From Octopus vulgaris (lineage: Eukaryota), in assembly GCA_951406725.2 (NCBI GenBank), contig OX597817.1, positions 152,644,001-152,708,000 of the forward strand: a stretch of 64,000 nt of DNA. The letters run 5' to 3'. Positions 1 through 13,325 of the stretch are shown here, one piece after another. Numbering within the stretch: the stretch's first letter is position 1; the number at the start of each line of letters is the position of its first letter. The position numbers and the translations under genes are program-made. The notes below the pieces were generated by a model. That model was given only the letters and a program-made list of their open reading frames with translations. It searched no databases and had not been told where the DNA came from.

Positions 1-128
1 GAATGAACTAGAACGACGTGAAATGAAGTGTTTTGCTCAAGAGTACAATGAATCGTCCGGTGCTGGATTCGAAACCGTATTCTCACGATCATGAGTGCAA
101 CGCCCTAACCACTAAGCCACGCGCCTCC
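1..128 (-). mobile_element. tRNA-headed SINE 5' part (family C/D)
   Basis: Minus strand reads GGAGGCGCGTGGCTTAGTGGTTAGGGCG...GGTTTCGAATCC (pol III A and B boxes), then CTTGAGCAAAACACTTCATTTCACGT, which is shared with copies at 12.3, 15.4 and 36.7 kb. Confidence 0.75.
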
Positions 129-129
129 A

Positions 130-181
130 CGTATATGTACAAACACACACATATACAAAAAGTACACCTACATTATCTCTC

Positions 182-221
<40 letters not shown>

Positions 222-251
222 TACATTCATGCATAAATACACACACGCACT

Positions 252-282
<31 letters not shown>

Positions 283-407
283 ACACGCACATATATAATG
301 TACAGTATATGAGAATGGGTTTTCATGTTGATGTGCCAATACCTAAAAGAATTTATGTCTGCGTTTGTTTGTTGGTGTGTGTATGTGTGTGTATGTGAGT
401 GTGTGCT

Positions 408-438
<31 letters not shown>

Positions 439-598
439 GTGTGTGTGTGTGTAAGTGTGTGTGTGTTCATGTCTGTATGCGTATGCTGTATACACAGAAT
501 GCAACGAAAACGTGTTGTTTTTCGATTTTCTGCTAGTCTCCTATCGACCTCTTTAGCTATCGACTTCTCAAGCCTTGATATGTATACTCTTATACGCC

Positions 599-671
<73 letters not shown>

Positions 672-711
672 CTGCGTCAATGAATTCAGAACGTTTTTGC
701 GAGGATGCAAT

Positions 712-766
<55 letters not shown>

Positions 767-777
767 CTTACACAAAC

Positions 778-836
<59 letters not shown>

Positions 837-1158
837 TGTTTGTGTGTGCATACGCTGTCACGGAAACGCTTGCATATACAAACACACACATATATGTATG
901 TACATGAGTGCCAATGCATTATACAAATATTCATATCTCTCTCTATATAATATACATATATACCGGAGTAAACACATAAATGTGAAACAAGGTGGGAAAA
1001 AGAGTACTCAAATACCAGTGGTAGAGTAATATGCTTTATTTAAAGCAGCAGAAAATTCAACAAAACCTGTTACTCTGAGTTTCACGTTGCCGTTCGTTGA
1101 ATTTTCTGCTGCTTTAAATAAAGCATAATGTACATATATATGCATATGCACATATACT

Positions 1159-1224
<66 letters not shown>

Positions 1225-1314
1225 GTAATGCATGTGCAGACATATATATGCTCATATGTATTGCTATGTATTAGTATATACATACATACTTTCATACATA
1301 CATACATACATACA

Positions 1315-1348
<34 letters not shown>

Positions 1349-1358
1349 GATACACACA

Positions 1359-1411
<53 letters not shown>

Positions 1412-1514
1412 TCAACAGGTGGTACCCCCCGAGATTCTCAGTGCAGAAAATACTTTGCGTTGAAATGATTCGAACTCCGATATCTTTATGAGGGACCAAT
1501 TCCGTATAATTTCT

Positions 1515-1564
<50 letters not shown>

Positions 1565-1760
1565 CACACATACACACGAATGTGTGCATGCTTGTATATG
1601 AGCGTGTGTGTATATACATTTATATGCATGCATAAAATAAAGGCACGCACACGCATAATAGATTTTGCTATTTCCATTGTACAGCATGAATAAATTAAAC
1701 ACTTCTGTATCAATGGTACACAGATTCTATTGGGCGAGCGTGCAAGCGTGCATATCTGTG

Positions 1761-1791
<31 letters not shown>

Positions 1792-1875
1792 TTGTGTGTG
1801 CGTTTTGTGTGTGCGTTTTGGTGTTTTGCCGGTGTTTGTTTTGTGTGTATTTATGTATATATATATATATATATC
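130..1875. repeat. Dense block of (AT)n, (AC)n, (CT)n and (CATA)n microsatellites with short unique islands
   Basis: Directly visible. Confidence 0.95.
961..1127 (-). mobile_element. Penelope pLTR-like element, family 1, with truncated hammerhead and a 32-bp inverted repeat
   Basis: Near-identical to 26904-27037; arms 1030-1061 and 1096-1127 are perfect reverse complements. Confidence 0.75.
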
Positions 1876-1934
1876 GTTTTTGGATTTGGTTTGCAAGATT
1901 CATTATGTGAGTTCGTGTGTCGAAACATATTCTG

Positions 1935-2160
1935 TTGTGTCTGGGGGAGTCATTTTCTATCTTTTACTCACCGGTAAAATTTCCTCTTATTTCTTATTTT
2001 TATATTCCTAAAATGTTCGTTGCGTCTTGCAACCTTTTCAATAGTCTTGACTCTGTCCGTTATTCACACTGCGTTCCTTATTGTTTGTTTGTGTGCATGT
2101 ATGTGTGTGCCTATGCATGCATGTATGTATGTATGTATTTATGTACGTACGTACGTACGT
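1935..2160 (-). mobile_element. Inverted copy of the hammerhead-bearing repeat found 3' of the Penelope ORF (family 5)
   Basis: Reverse complement of ~6950-7225; also matches 58880-58995. Confidence 0.8.
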
Positions 2161-2595
2161 ATGTATGTATGTATGTATGTATGTATGTATGTATGTATGT
2201 ACATATGTATGTATGTATGTATGTACGTACGTACGTATGTTTGTATGTATGTATTTATGTATGTATGAATGTATGTATGTATGTATGTATGTATGTAAGT
2301 ATGTATGTATGAATGTATGTGTGTATGTATGTACGTTTGTATGTATGTATTTGTGTATGTATGTATGTATGTATGTATGTATGTATGTATGTACGTACGT
2401 ACGTACGTACGTACGTATGTATGTATGTATGTATGTACGTACGTACGTATGTTTGTATGTATTTATGTATGTATGAATGTATGTATGTACGTACGTATGT
2501 ATGTATGTATGTATGTACGTATGTATGTATGTATGTATGTATGTAAGTATGTATGTACGTACGTACGTACGTATGTATGTATGTATGTATGTATG

Positions 2596-2629
<34 letters not shown>

Positions 2630-2866
2630 TATACGTACGTACGTATGTTTGTATGTATGTATGTATGTATGTATGTATGTACGTACGTACGTATGTTTGT
2701 ATGTATGTATATATGTATTTATGTATGTATGAATGTATGTATGTATGAATGTATGTGTGTATGTATGTATGTTTGTATGTATGTATTTGTGTATGTATGT
2801 ATGTATGTATTTATGTATGTATGTATGTATGTATGCATGTATGTATGTATGCATGTATGTATGTAT
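2110..2866. repeat. (TATG)n/(TACG)n tetranucleotide array
   Basis: Directly visible. Confidence 0.95.
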
Positions 2867-3229
2867 GGCTCACAGAACATCAAGAAAGAAAACTAAAACA
2901 TACGATGTTACAAAACATCTAAAAGAAAATATACACAGAAATCAACCAGTACCAAAAACGAAAGAGAGTCCTGCTGCATGAACTAAAAAGCACCACTACT
3001 CCACACGAAAGAGACAGATTCATGACAAACATCCAACAAGAATACCGCCGAGTTTAACCATGCCTGTAACAAACACTTCAACAATAGACTCAAGTGGAGG
3101 AAACAGCAACAACAACGATCCCAGCATGTTAAGAATCAATGCAAATACCCAAACAATATCGACGGGATTGTCATGTCAGAATGTAAACTACCAGAGGTCA
3201 TCGACGCCAGGACACTGGAAAACAATACC

Positions 3230-3460
3230 TGTTTCTTTACTATCCACAAGGGGCCAAACATAGAGAGGACAAACAAGGACAGACAGACGGATTAAGTCGA
3301 TTATATCGACCCCAGTGCGTAACTGGTACTTAATTTATCGACCCCGAAAGGATGAAAGGCAAAGTCGACCTCGGCGGAATTTGAACTCAGAATGTAACGG
3401 CAGACGAAATACCGCCAAGCATTTCGCCCGGCGTGCTAACGACTCTGCCAGCTCGCCGCA
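3230..3460 (-). mobile_element. SINE family B, full length, with 20-bp TSD
   Basis: Head GGCGAGCTGGCAGA..., core GTCGACTTTGCCTTTCATCCTTTCGGGGTCGATAAATTAAGTACCAG; TSD GGACACYGGAAAACAATACC at 3210-3229 and 3462-3481. Confidence 0.9.
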
Positions 3461-3659
3461 TGGACACCGGAAAACAATACCGCCAACAACAACAACAACA
3501 ATAAATACGCTTCTGGAAGATATGGTGCAGTACAGCTAGATACAGATGAAATTCATGCTTTAGAGTTACCACCAAAATTCGCTACATGTAAAAAAGTTAG
3601 AAAAATTGATTGTCTGTTTGAAATTGAAAAAAAAACGTTCTTAAAATTAAGATGGAGGT

Positions 3660-4080
3660 TAGGACAATACAACAACGACAACAACAGAAACATACGAAAC
3701 CAAAACAACAACAACAATAGCAATAGCGGTGTTGATGACAACAACAATAGTGGCAATAACAACAACAACCACGACAACCACAACATTCCTCACTCAGACA
3801 ACTATAACAACAACAACAACAAAAGCGTACGAAACAGAAACTACTATTATAATAACAACAACAGTAAGATGATGATAGCAACAATAACAAGAACAACATC
3901 CCACACACAGATAACGATAACAGCCATATCATCCACACCACTACCAACAACACCACCCACAACAATAACAATAGGCACAACACAAGCACTACCACCACCA
4001 CCGCCACCAACAGCAACAACAACAACAACAACAACAACAATACCAGCAACTATAACAACAACAACTACAACGATAATAAC
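3660..4080. repeat. Degenerate (CAA)n/(CCA)n tract
   Basis: Directly visible. Confidence 0.85.
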
Positions 4081-4122
4081 ACTCTGCACTCTGTCTTCTA
4101 TAACCCTAACAAATCTTATGAC

Positions 4123-6430
4123 ATGCCGAGGATCTACCCCACAGACTTACCCTTCAACAAAAGGGTATGTATCCCACCCCAAATTGACAGTGAAACAGAA
4201 GCAAAGATCTCCTTAGCTAGAAATAGACTCCGACATATCTTAGACCGATACAATAAATCCACTAAAAAACATAGTGAGGATGTGACCCACCAATTCAGCT
4301 CATCTGTGGATAAAGGCCTGCAAAAACTGAAACAGCGAATTAGGAACAGAGAATTAGCGTGCCTCCCTAGGGACAAGTCTGGCAGACTATCAATAGACAG
4401 CCCACAGAACTATGTCCAGACCATGCAACAGCACATCAGTAGCATGAGAGAAGTTACACCACAGGAACATGAAAGAGTGGAAAAACTCCTCAAGCTCACA
4501 TGGGAATGTGGTGCAACATAATCGAACCTATAAAAAGGACGGCACACAATTTTCAGGCATCCAACAATGATGTTCCTACACTATACGGAACCCTACATAA
4601 ACCCTACATAAACCCTGTCGTTGGACCCCCAACCAGACCAGTTTGCGGAGTGAATATCTCCAGCAACTATAGACTGTCCTACTTCCTCTCACTGGTATTA
4701 CGACCTCTCATAGAGATGTCTCCAAATGTCTGCGTGAGCACGGAAGATCTCAGTAAAATCAGTTCTTGCAACCATTCCAACGACCTCACAGGTTGTGTAG
4801 TGGGTAGTATGGATGTAATTTCACTCTACCCATCTATAGACATAGATTTTTCTGTGGAGAAACGCATTCAGGTAATCTGTGAGAGTGAGGTGGAGTTCTG
4901 TAAGGTCAACACGAGGGAACTGGACCTCCTCCTCAGACAAAGCTATGACAGTAACGATTTAGATGACCATGACCTCAGTAGATTCTGCCCCACCAGGTCG
5001 CAGAGGGGTGGACCACCCACCATCACTTCAACAGTGAAGAAAGGCACTACAGAGTGCTGAAGTAGCTGGACCACACCCATCAAAAACCCTGAGAACAACA
5101 ATCAGGTGAAAGAAATGATTGCATATGCAATAGGGGTCAGTGTAAAAACCACCTTGAAGAACCACATAGTAAAGTTTAACAAAAAACTATACATGCGGGT
5201 TCAAGGTACAGCCATCGGTGTCGGTGTAACTGGAGATGTGGCCGGCCTCTTCATGACCTGGTGGGACAGAAGACTTAAAGAAATGTTAGCAGAACAGTCC
5301 ACACCTCTTCTACTCTACAGTAGCTATGTAGATGACATTAATATCATAGTTAGAATCAACTCTAGTGATGGTTGTGTAGAAACTGAAAAGAACGTAATGG
5401 AGAGCATCCAGCAAATAGCTAACTCCATCCACCAAAGTATCAAGGTAACTATAGATTACCCCACTAAGCACCCCAACAATAGACTTCCTGTACTTGATAC
5501 TGAACTTTGGTTAGAGACTGTGAACAATAGAGTGCAGCTCCTCCACTCCTATTACATGAAACCCATAATTTCAAAATACGTTTTTCACAAGAACTCAGCT
5601 TTGTCACAACATGAAAATTAACATACATATAGCAGACTTGTTAGGATAATGAACAATGTCTCCCCACTATGCGAACCCTATGAAACGAAAAAAACATATA
5701 CAGAACTTCATGCATCGCATGCAGTTCTCTGGATATGATCAAAAAGATAGGGTTCGAGTATACAGGGGGGCTAGAAAGAAATTAGATAACATTATACGTA
5801 ATGATACCAATGGTACCTGCCCAAGATATAGAAACAAAGAATGGAATAGGATACAAAGAACTTGCGATATAGCAAACAGGGTGAACACGTGATATAAAAC
5901 CGACAAATATCAAGGATTGATGCTTGTGGAGGCCACAGCCCATGGAGAACTAGCCCGTAGATTTAGAAAAGCTCTGAAGGAGACCAAACTCAACATTAAG
6001 ATTGATGAAAAGCCAAGGAACTCCGTCAGATCACAACTATGTAGGACGTACTCCTTTGAGAATACCACATGCACCAATGATAACTGCATGGTATGTAGGA
6101 TTAACCCTGGCATTAACTGTAGAACCAGAAATGTAGTTTACAGCATAAGATGCATAAAAGGTGCTTGTAAAGACATGAACATGACATACATAAGAGAGAT
6201 ATCTAGGAGCCTTGCGGAACGACTAAATGAACATCTGAGACAATATGACGACAAAAAACTGTCCTCCATACTCTACCAACATGCTAAAGACCAGCATGGA
6301 GGCAACCCCGGTCAACTTGACATCCGCATCTTATCCAAGCATCCAAAATACCCAACACTCAGACAAATACGGGAGTGCGTCCTTATAAATGAAACTTCCC
6401 CAATACTGAAGAGGAATATATACATAGTAG
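4123..6430 (+). pseudogene. Penelope-like retroelement ORF (reverse transcriptase + GIY-YIG endonuclease), Naiad-like, disrupted
   Basis: Motifs in order: DKSG; PTLYG..HK...PPTRPV; GSMDVISLYPSI; QGTAIG; YVDD; LPVLD; RMQFSGY; linker CTNDNCMVC..C; NVVYSIRC..C...YIREISRSLAERLNEH...HAKDQH...RQIREC. Frameshifts near 4500 and 5610-5695; in-frame TGA at 5058 and 5890. Confidence 0.92.
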
Positions 6431-6750
6431 ATATCATACCCCCATACCCACAGTTTACACAGGTAGAGTAGAATAGTTAGTGGGCTGTTATATAGATAGA
6501 TGCATGTATGTGTGGGTGGGTGGGTGTATATGCACATGTATGCAAGCATATGGATATGAAAATAAACAGATCAACATACAGACGGATAGGTACATAGATT
6601 ATAGGAGCAGACAAGCACACATACGCAAATGGAGACTGAAATACATGACCATATATACACACACTTTACTTCACACAAGGATATATATGGAGACATGTGT
6701 CCACACATATGAGATGCACATCCATACATACAAACACGGTACATGGTTGC

Positions 6751-6793
<43 letters not shown>

Positions 6794-7218
6794 ATACATG
6801 CACACCACAAGGAGACAGAGGTGCATACATATATAAACACATGCACACACACATACATAAAAACACACAAACACGGACACGCAAGCGCATGAATATGCAG
6901 AATACATACATACAGATGCACACACATACATAGAAATATACATATGCACATACATACATACATACATACATACATACATACATACATACATACATACATA
7001 CATACATAAATACATACATACATGCATGCATGCATAGGCACACACATACATGCACACAAACAAACAAAAAGGAACGCAGTGTAAATAACGGACAGAGTCA
7101 AGACTATTGAAAAGGTTGCGAGACGCAACGAAAATAAAAATAAGAAATAAGTGGAACTTTTACCGGTGAATTTGTTAAATTATAAGGCGCAAAAAGAAAA
7201 TGACTCTCCCCAGACACG

Positions 7219-7225
<7 letters not shown>
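6430..7225 (+). mobile_element. Putative 3' UTR/pLTR of the Penelope element, microsatellite-expanded, with partial hammerhead at 7104-7133
   Basis: 6580-6650 and 7050-7155 are contiguous in the copy at 58786-58995; motif cta-TTGAAAA-g-gttgcg-aga-cgcaac-GAAA. Confidence 0.65.
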
Positions 7226-7259
<34 letters not shown>

Positions 7260-7267
7260 ATACATAC

Positions 7268-7624
7268 TTTCTCTTTTACTCTTTTACTCTTTTATTTGTT
7301 TCAGCCAAAGCATTTAGTCGAGCAAATCCACCCCAGGACTTATTCTTTCGAAGCCTAGTTACGCTTAGTTACGGGGACGTAAACACACCAGCATCGGTTG
7401 TCAAGCGATGTTGGGGGACAAACACAGACACACAAACATATACACACGCATATATATATACGACGGGCTTCTTTCAGTTTCCGTCTACAAAAACCAATCA
7501 CAAGGTTTTGATCGGCCCGAGGCTATAGTAGAAAACACTTGTCCAAGGTGCCACGTAGTGGGAATGAACCCTGAACCATGTGGTTGGTAAGCAAGCCACT
7601 TATCACACAGCCACTCCTGCGCCT
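7268..7624 (-). mobile_element. SINE family A (tRNA head, internal microsatellite)
   Basis: Reverse complement of GGCGCAGGAGTGGCTGTGTG...ACCTTGGACAAGTG...GTAGACGGAAACTGAAAGAAGCCCGTCG; ~18 copies in the window. Confidence 0.9.
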
Positions 7625-7725
7625 ATATTAAAAAAAATTTTTAATTGGGATAAGTTACTAAGTTGTACTTATCAGACTACGAAATTTATAATCATAAATT
7701 TGTGTGTGTGTGTCTGTTCGCGCGC

Positions 7726-7770
<45 letters not shown>

Positions 7771-7951
7771 CATATACATGCGCAGATACACACATATACA
7801 TGCGCAGATGTGAATACTGGTTCCCACTTACGCGCACATTCTGTCACATGCATACGCACGCTTACATATATGGGTATAATTCAAGACGAACCTAATTATC
7901 GACACGCACACGCACAAACACACACATACACACACATATGTAGAGAAAGAA

Positions 7952-7996
<45 letters not shown>

Positions 7997-8076
7997 TGAG
8001 AGACAGAGCAACATGTACATGCACACAATTGTGCCCACATAGACTTCAGACCTCTCCAAACACACATTTGTAAGTG

Positions 8077-8157
<81 letters not shown>

Positions 8158-8329
8158 GGATATTTTACACGTGTAAATGTAGGGGACGCAATATGAGTGT
8201 CGAATAAAATATTTTTACATTGCTTTAGTCAATATATGGATTAAACACCGTAACTAATGGTTACTGCTACTGTTGTTGGTGTTGTTAGTTTACCCCAATA
8301 ACGCTAACCTAAATACATAACCTGTTAGA

Positions 8330-8830
8330 GGATCGATTTCTATTCAGTATATTTAAAGGTGTGTAATAATTCTTTTGTTTCCAGTATAAAGCCGCATCAA
8401 CTTTTGTCTACTGCTACTTGGGTATACAATACACTTGATATTACCTTCGATGACGTAACTAAATCTGACGTCCCAGAGTTCAACAATGTAGTTTCTCGAC
8501 AATGTCACCCTAAGTGACAATTTTATAAGTGATATATTCTCTTATGAAGCTTGTTTTCCAATTTAAAATAGAAGTGCAAATGGCCGTCTCTCTTAGTCAT
8601 ACAGTCGATGTTTGCTAGAAAACAATATGTTCCACAACGTTATTCCTTCGATTTTCGTGTCGGAAAGTTTCAGGCAAGACTCTGACAGATGCTCTTCATA
8701 CACTTGACATCTTGTCATTTCTGTTCAATAACTAAAATCGTTTTCATGCATGACCGGCGATCTTAAAAATATTAACTCACATCACTCATATTTCTTGCCA
8801 AGAAAACATTTAAAACTTTCCTCTCACAAT
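8330..8830 (+). pseudogene. Highly decayed non-LTR RT fragment, CRE-like
   Basis: Broken translation LTS-EFN-M*FLDNVTLSD resembles the SxLNxWYLDDxTLG catalytic motif; 8640-8830 is homologous to 9540-9740. Confidence 0.45.
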
Positions 8831-8844
8831 TCACCTTCTTTAAG

Positions 8845-9045
8845 ACGGCAAGCTTGGTAGAAACGTTAGCACGCCGATCAAAATGCTTTGCAGTATTTTT
8901 TCAGGCTTTAAGTTCTGAGTTCAAATTCTGCTGAAGTCGACTTTGCTTTTGATCCTTTCGGGATCGATAAAATAAGTACCAATTGAGCATTGGGGTCAAT
9001 GTAATCAACTAGCCCTCTCCCTTAAAATTTCAGGCCTTGTTCCTA
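8845..9045 (+). mobile_element. SINE family B, diverged
   Basis: Core GTCGACTTTGCTTTTGATCCTTTCGGGATCGATAAAATAAGTACC. Confidence 0.85.
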
Positions 9046-9065
9046 TATACCTTCTTCATATATAC

Positions 9066-9478
9066 ATATTTCTTTACTACCCACAAGGGGCTAAACATAG
9101 AGGGGACAAACAAGGACAGACAAACGGATTAAGTTGATTACATCGACCCCAGTGCGTAACTGGTACTTAATTTATCGACCCCGAAAGGATGAAAGGCAAA
9201 GTCGACCTCGGCGGAATTTGAACTCAGAACGTAACGGCAGACGAAATACTTATTTCTTTATTACCCACAAGGGGCTAAACATAGAGGGGACAAACAAGGA
9301 CAGACATAGGTATTAAGTCGATTATATCGACCCCAGTGTGTAACTGGTACTTAACTTATCGACCCCGAAAGGATGAAAGGCAAAGTCGACCTCGGCGGAA
9401 TTTGAACTCAGAACGTAGCGCCAGACGAAATACCGCTAAGCATTTCGCCCGGCGTGCTAACGTTTCTGCCTGCTCACC
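9066..9478 (-). mobile_element. SINE family B with duplicated body-tail unit and 17-bp flanking direct repeat
   Basis: Two core copies and one head; ACCTTCTTCATATATAC at 9049-9065 and 9476-9492. Confidence 0.88.
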
Positions 9479-9499
9479 TTCTTCATATATACCTTCTTC

Positions 9500-9950
9500 A
9501 TATCAGCATATTGCTTGCCTGCTCCACTTCCCTGCTGTGACATGGGATTACTTCTTACTATTATCAATGTCGAAAAGTTCGGATCAGACTCTGACTGCTG
9601 CTCCACATATGTACAGTTTAGTCTTTTTTGTTCAATAACAAAATAACTTCTTTCTCCTGCATGGCCAAAAATCTTCAAAATATTAAACCACATTAGGCCT
9701 TTCTCTTGCTTCGAAAATGGCTTTAACCTCCCTGCCAATATACAGGCGGTACAGGCTAGATTTGATGATCTTTTGCCTACTTTTGTCAGGAACAGCTCCA
9801 TGTATTAGTGAAAAATCAGTGGTGGTGGAGAGCATAAAGATTAAAGTTGTTGTTGAGAAGACGTTAGTTGACACGGGGGACTGGAAGCTATCTGAATACT
9901 GGAAAAGAGTTACCTGTATCATGATGATTCGCGCCAGGTAACAAAATGCC
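9500..9950 (+). pseudogene. Second decayed CRE-like RT fragment
   Basis: Broken translation LQNIKPH*AFLLLRK..., LLSGTAPCI, RGLEAI*N resembles the post-catalytic region LxxHxAxxLLR...LRTxPC of CRE-type RTs. Confidence 0.4.
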
Positions 9951-9984
9951 GACATTATGACTATAGTTCAATGCTTTGCGAACA

Positions 9985-10610
9985 CTGTAAAAGCTGTAAG
10001 ATGTGATATAGATATCATGAAAACCAAGTTCCCCCAAACTGTTATGGTCACTGGGTGTGTTTCCAGTGAGAGTGACGTCACGCCGTCCACATCTTTGAAC
10101 AAAGTCTTAGGCTCAATTCAGACGTCTATGTGAAACTGTCGGAAACTGTGGTCCTGGCTGGAGATGGTTGCTGCTAGAAGCCCATATGCTTAGTATCCGG
10201 ATTCGGCTCCTTGTCATACTTCCCGGAAACAGTCAGAAGTGATTGTCGAAAAATTTATACGTCTTCACCAACCCCAATTTCTGCCCCCTAATTCTCCAGA
10301 TTATATCCCCGCGGACTGGTATGTGAGGTGTATAACTGATAAAAAGACACCGAACATTCTTTCCGCAACGCTGAGGCCAAGCTGGTGGCAAAGGTCAATG
10401 AGGTGTTCGAAGATCTTCCCAGGGGCACAGCAAGGAATCAGGTTCCGGTGCTGTATTGACGCTGTGGTGAAAACTTTGAGTAACTGTTATCTCCCAGCCA
10501 TAATCTAGCCATTATCTTCTAATTTTTAAAAATATTTTAATTTATGACGGGATAGTGTGGTTCCTTTTTATTTTATGCAAACTATCAAATTTAACCCGTA
10601 TACCTTCTAC
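9985..10610 (+). mobile_element. Tc1/mariner (maT-like, DDD) transposase 3' half, decayed
   Basis: KTKFPQTVMVTGCVSSE, DSAPCHTS, LPPNSPDYIPADWYV. Confidence 0.85.
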
Positions 10611-10904
10611 GTTCTACGCATACCTTCTACGTCCTAGATCTTCACACCAGCCTATTATTGCTTATCTGTCCCAATTTTCCACTTTCATATGGGATTGTTT
10701 CTCCGTTTTTATCAATTTCGACTTGTCTAACTCAGTTTGGGTTCAGATTTGATTACCTGTTAAACATGGAGGTTTGGGATTTCGTGCGTTGCTTGACTTC
10801 ACTTTGCTGTGATTTTTATCTTTACTGCACGTCTCAGTCTATTTTTATTTTGTATACAGGTCACTCCCTGAGTGTTCTGTATATTAAATAAAAATGAAGT
10901 AGAA

Positions 10905-11155
10905 TCTCACACCTTATATAATAAAATAGATCTGTGAGTGTGCGTGTGTATACGTGTTCGCCTTTCACGCGAAAACGGCTGTACGAATTGATTCCATACT
11001 TGGAGTGCATAAATAATTTGACCTGGGATACAATAGTATAGTCTTGATTATTTTTTATTAAAAATAAATAATATTGCTTAATATAAGATTAACTTCTTTA
11101 AAAAAATTTTTGAATGTCAACTTCCGGTACTGACGTAACAACTGCGGCTAGCTAG
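10905..11155 (+). mobile_element. Short non-autonomous Helitron-like element
   Basis: TATATAATAAAA + GT-rich start, CACGCGAAAACGGCTG motif, ends CTAG; layout like 39860-40407. Confidence 0.4.
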
Positions 11156-11193
11156 ACACATACATGTATGTCTGATGCAGCAACTGTGGTTAA

Positions 11194-11253
<60 letters not shown>

Positions 11254-11520
11254 CACACACACACATGTATACAATACGCCTTTATGTATGCAATACACTG
11301 TTGATGAATATCTGCATTTTAAACGCTTCTATTTCATTTCAGACGCATTGATTTTTTGATTCCTGGGGAAAATACATGAACGTCACAGCTTCTTATATAT
11401 TTTTAGCTTGAAAATCTTACTCATTACGTTCCCATAGAAACAGTTTGTGTGCATTGGAACTAGGTTTGTTTTGCTTCTAAGGAGTTCTGTTGTCTTTCTT
11501 CTCAGGAGTTCTGTAACTAT

Positions 11521-12249
<729 letters not shown>

Positions 12250-12250
<1 letters not shown>

Positions 12251-12495
12251 GCAGCATAGTGGTTAGGGTGTTGGACCCATGAACACAAGATTGTGGTTTC
12301 GATTCCTTGACGAGACAGCGCGTTGTTTTTCTTGAGTAAAGCACTTCATTTCACGTTGCTCCAGCCCACTCAGCTGGCAAAAATAAGTAATCCTGTGAAG
12401 GACCGGCGTCCCGTTCAGGTGGGGAATTTATACGCCATGGAGACCGGGAAACCGGGTCTTATGAGTCAGCATGACCCGAGAAGCTAACTTTATTT
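12250..12495 (+). mobile_element. tRNA-headed SINE (family D)
   Basis: AGTGGTTAGGGTG...GGTTTCGATTCC; tail ACGCCATGGAGACCGGGAAACCGGG shared with 49569-49880. Confidence 0.8.
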
Positions 12496-12504
12496 TTCTA
12501 CTTA

Positions 12505-12598
12505 GAGATCCTTCGGAGAAACCCCATTTCGGCAACTTGCATTGGCGAGCGTGCTCTTTCAGTCATTACCCAACATTCATAATCATAGGTGAGAATAC
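12505..12598 (-). pseudogene. RTE-clade LINE fragment
   Basis: Minus-strand translation LTYDYECWVMTERARSPMQVAEMGFLRRI matches the RTE post-RT motif LTYGxExW...QAAEMxFLRR. Confidence 0.75.
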
Positions 12599-13237
12599 TT
12601 ATTTTAGAATTATTTGTTTTGTACTAACGTATGATATCTACTTTCTGTAGCGAGTCATACCACCATGTGATACCTGTTTACGATCAAGTGGACTGTACTA
12701 CCACACATTAGATATTACAGTAAGTTATATCACAATGTGGTACCTAGAGTATCACAAGAAATCTTCCTATGACACATTTTTTCCAATCTATACCTATAGA
12801 TTATTCCAAAATCCTTTACAGAGCATACAAGCTCATATGAAAGTGATAACACACATCTTCATACATTTCTTTAAACACCAATGCTCAACAACTCCGAAAT
12901 ATTTAACAGCTTACAAATATCCTAAAAATTATGGCTTTACAGGAAAACCAACAATAAGACTAACTGCAACAACAATAAAACAAGAAATACTGATATTATC
13001 TCCCTTTTCGTGCATCACATGATCAAACAAAATATATTTAATGATACACGCTTTACTCACAAACATCAACTTTATAAACTTGATACAAAACCACTAAAGT
13101 TCTGCAATACAACATTAACGTCATTGATAACATTTTTATGGAAGTAAAAGATTTTATCATCCTTTGCGACAATCGTAAACAATACTGCACCAGAAATGCG
13201 GTTTTCAAACCCCTCACCAGGAACACCAAGTACTTTA

Positions 13238-13291
13238 AATACATACATACATACATACATACATACATACATACATACATACATGCATGCA

Positions 13292-13325
<34 letters not shown>

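Noticed and set aside
480-600. Protein-looking minus-strand peptide [21 protein letters not shown]
   Set aside because: It is short, has no clear splice signals and no recognisable domain, and is flanked by microsatellites.
12600-13235. Possible decayed Penelope or LINE coding fragment
   Set aside because: The composition is suggestive, but no diagnostic motif could be read.
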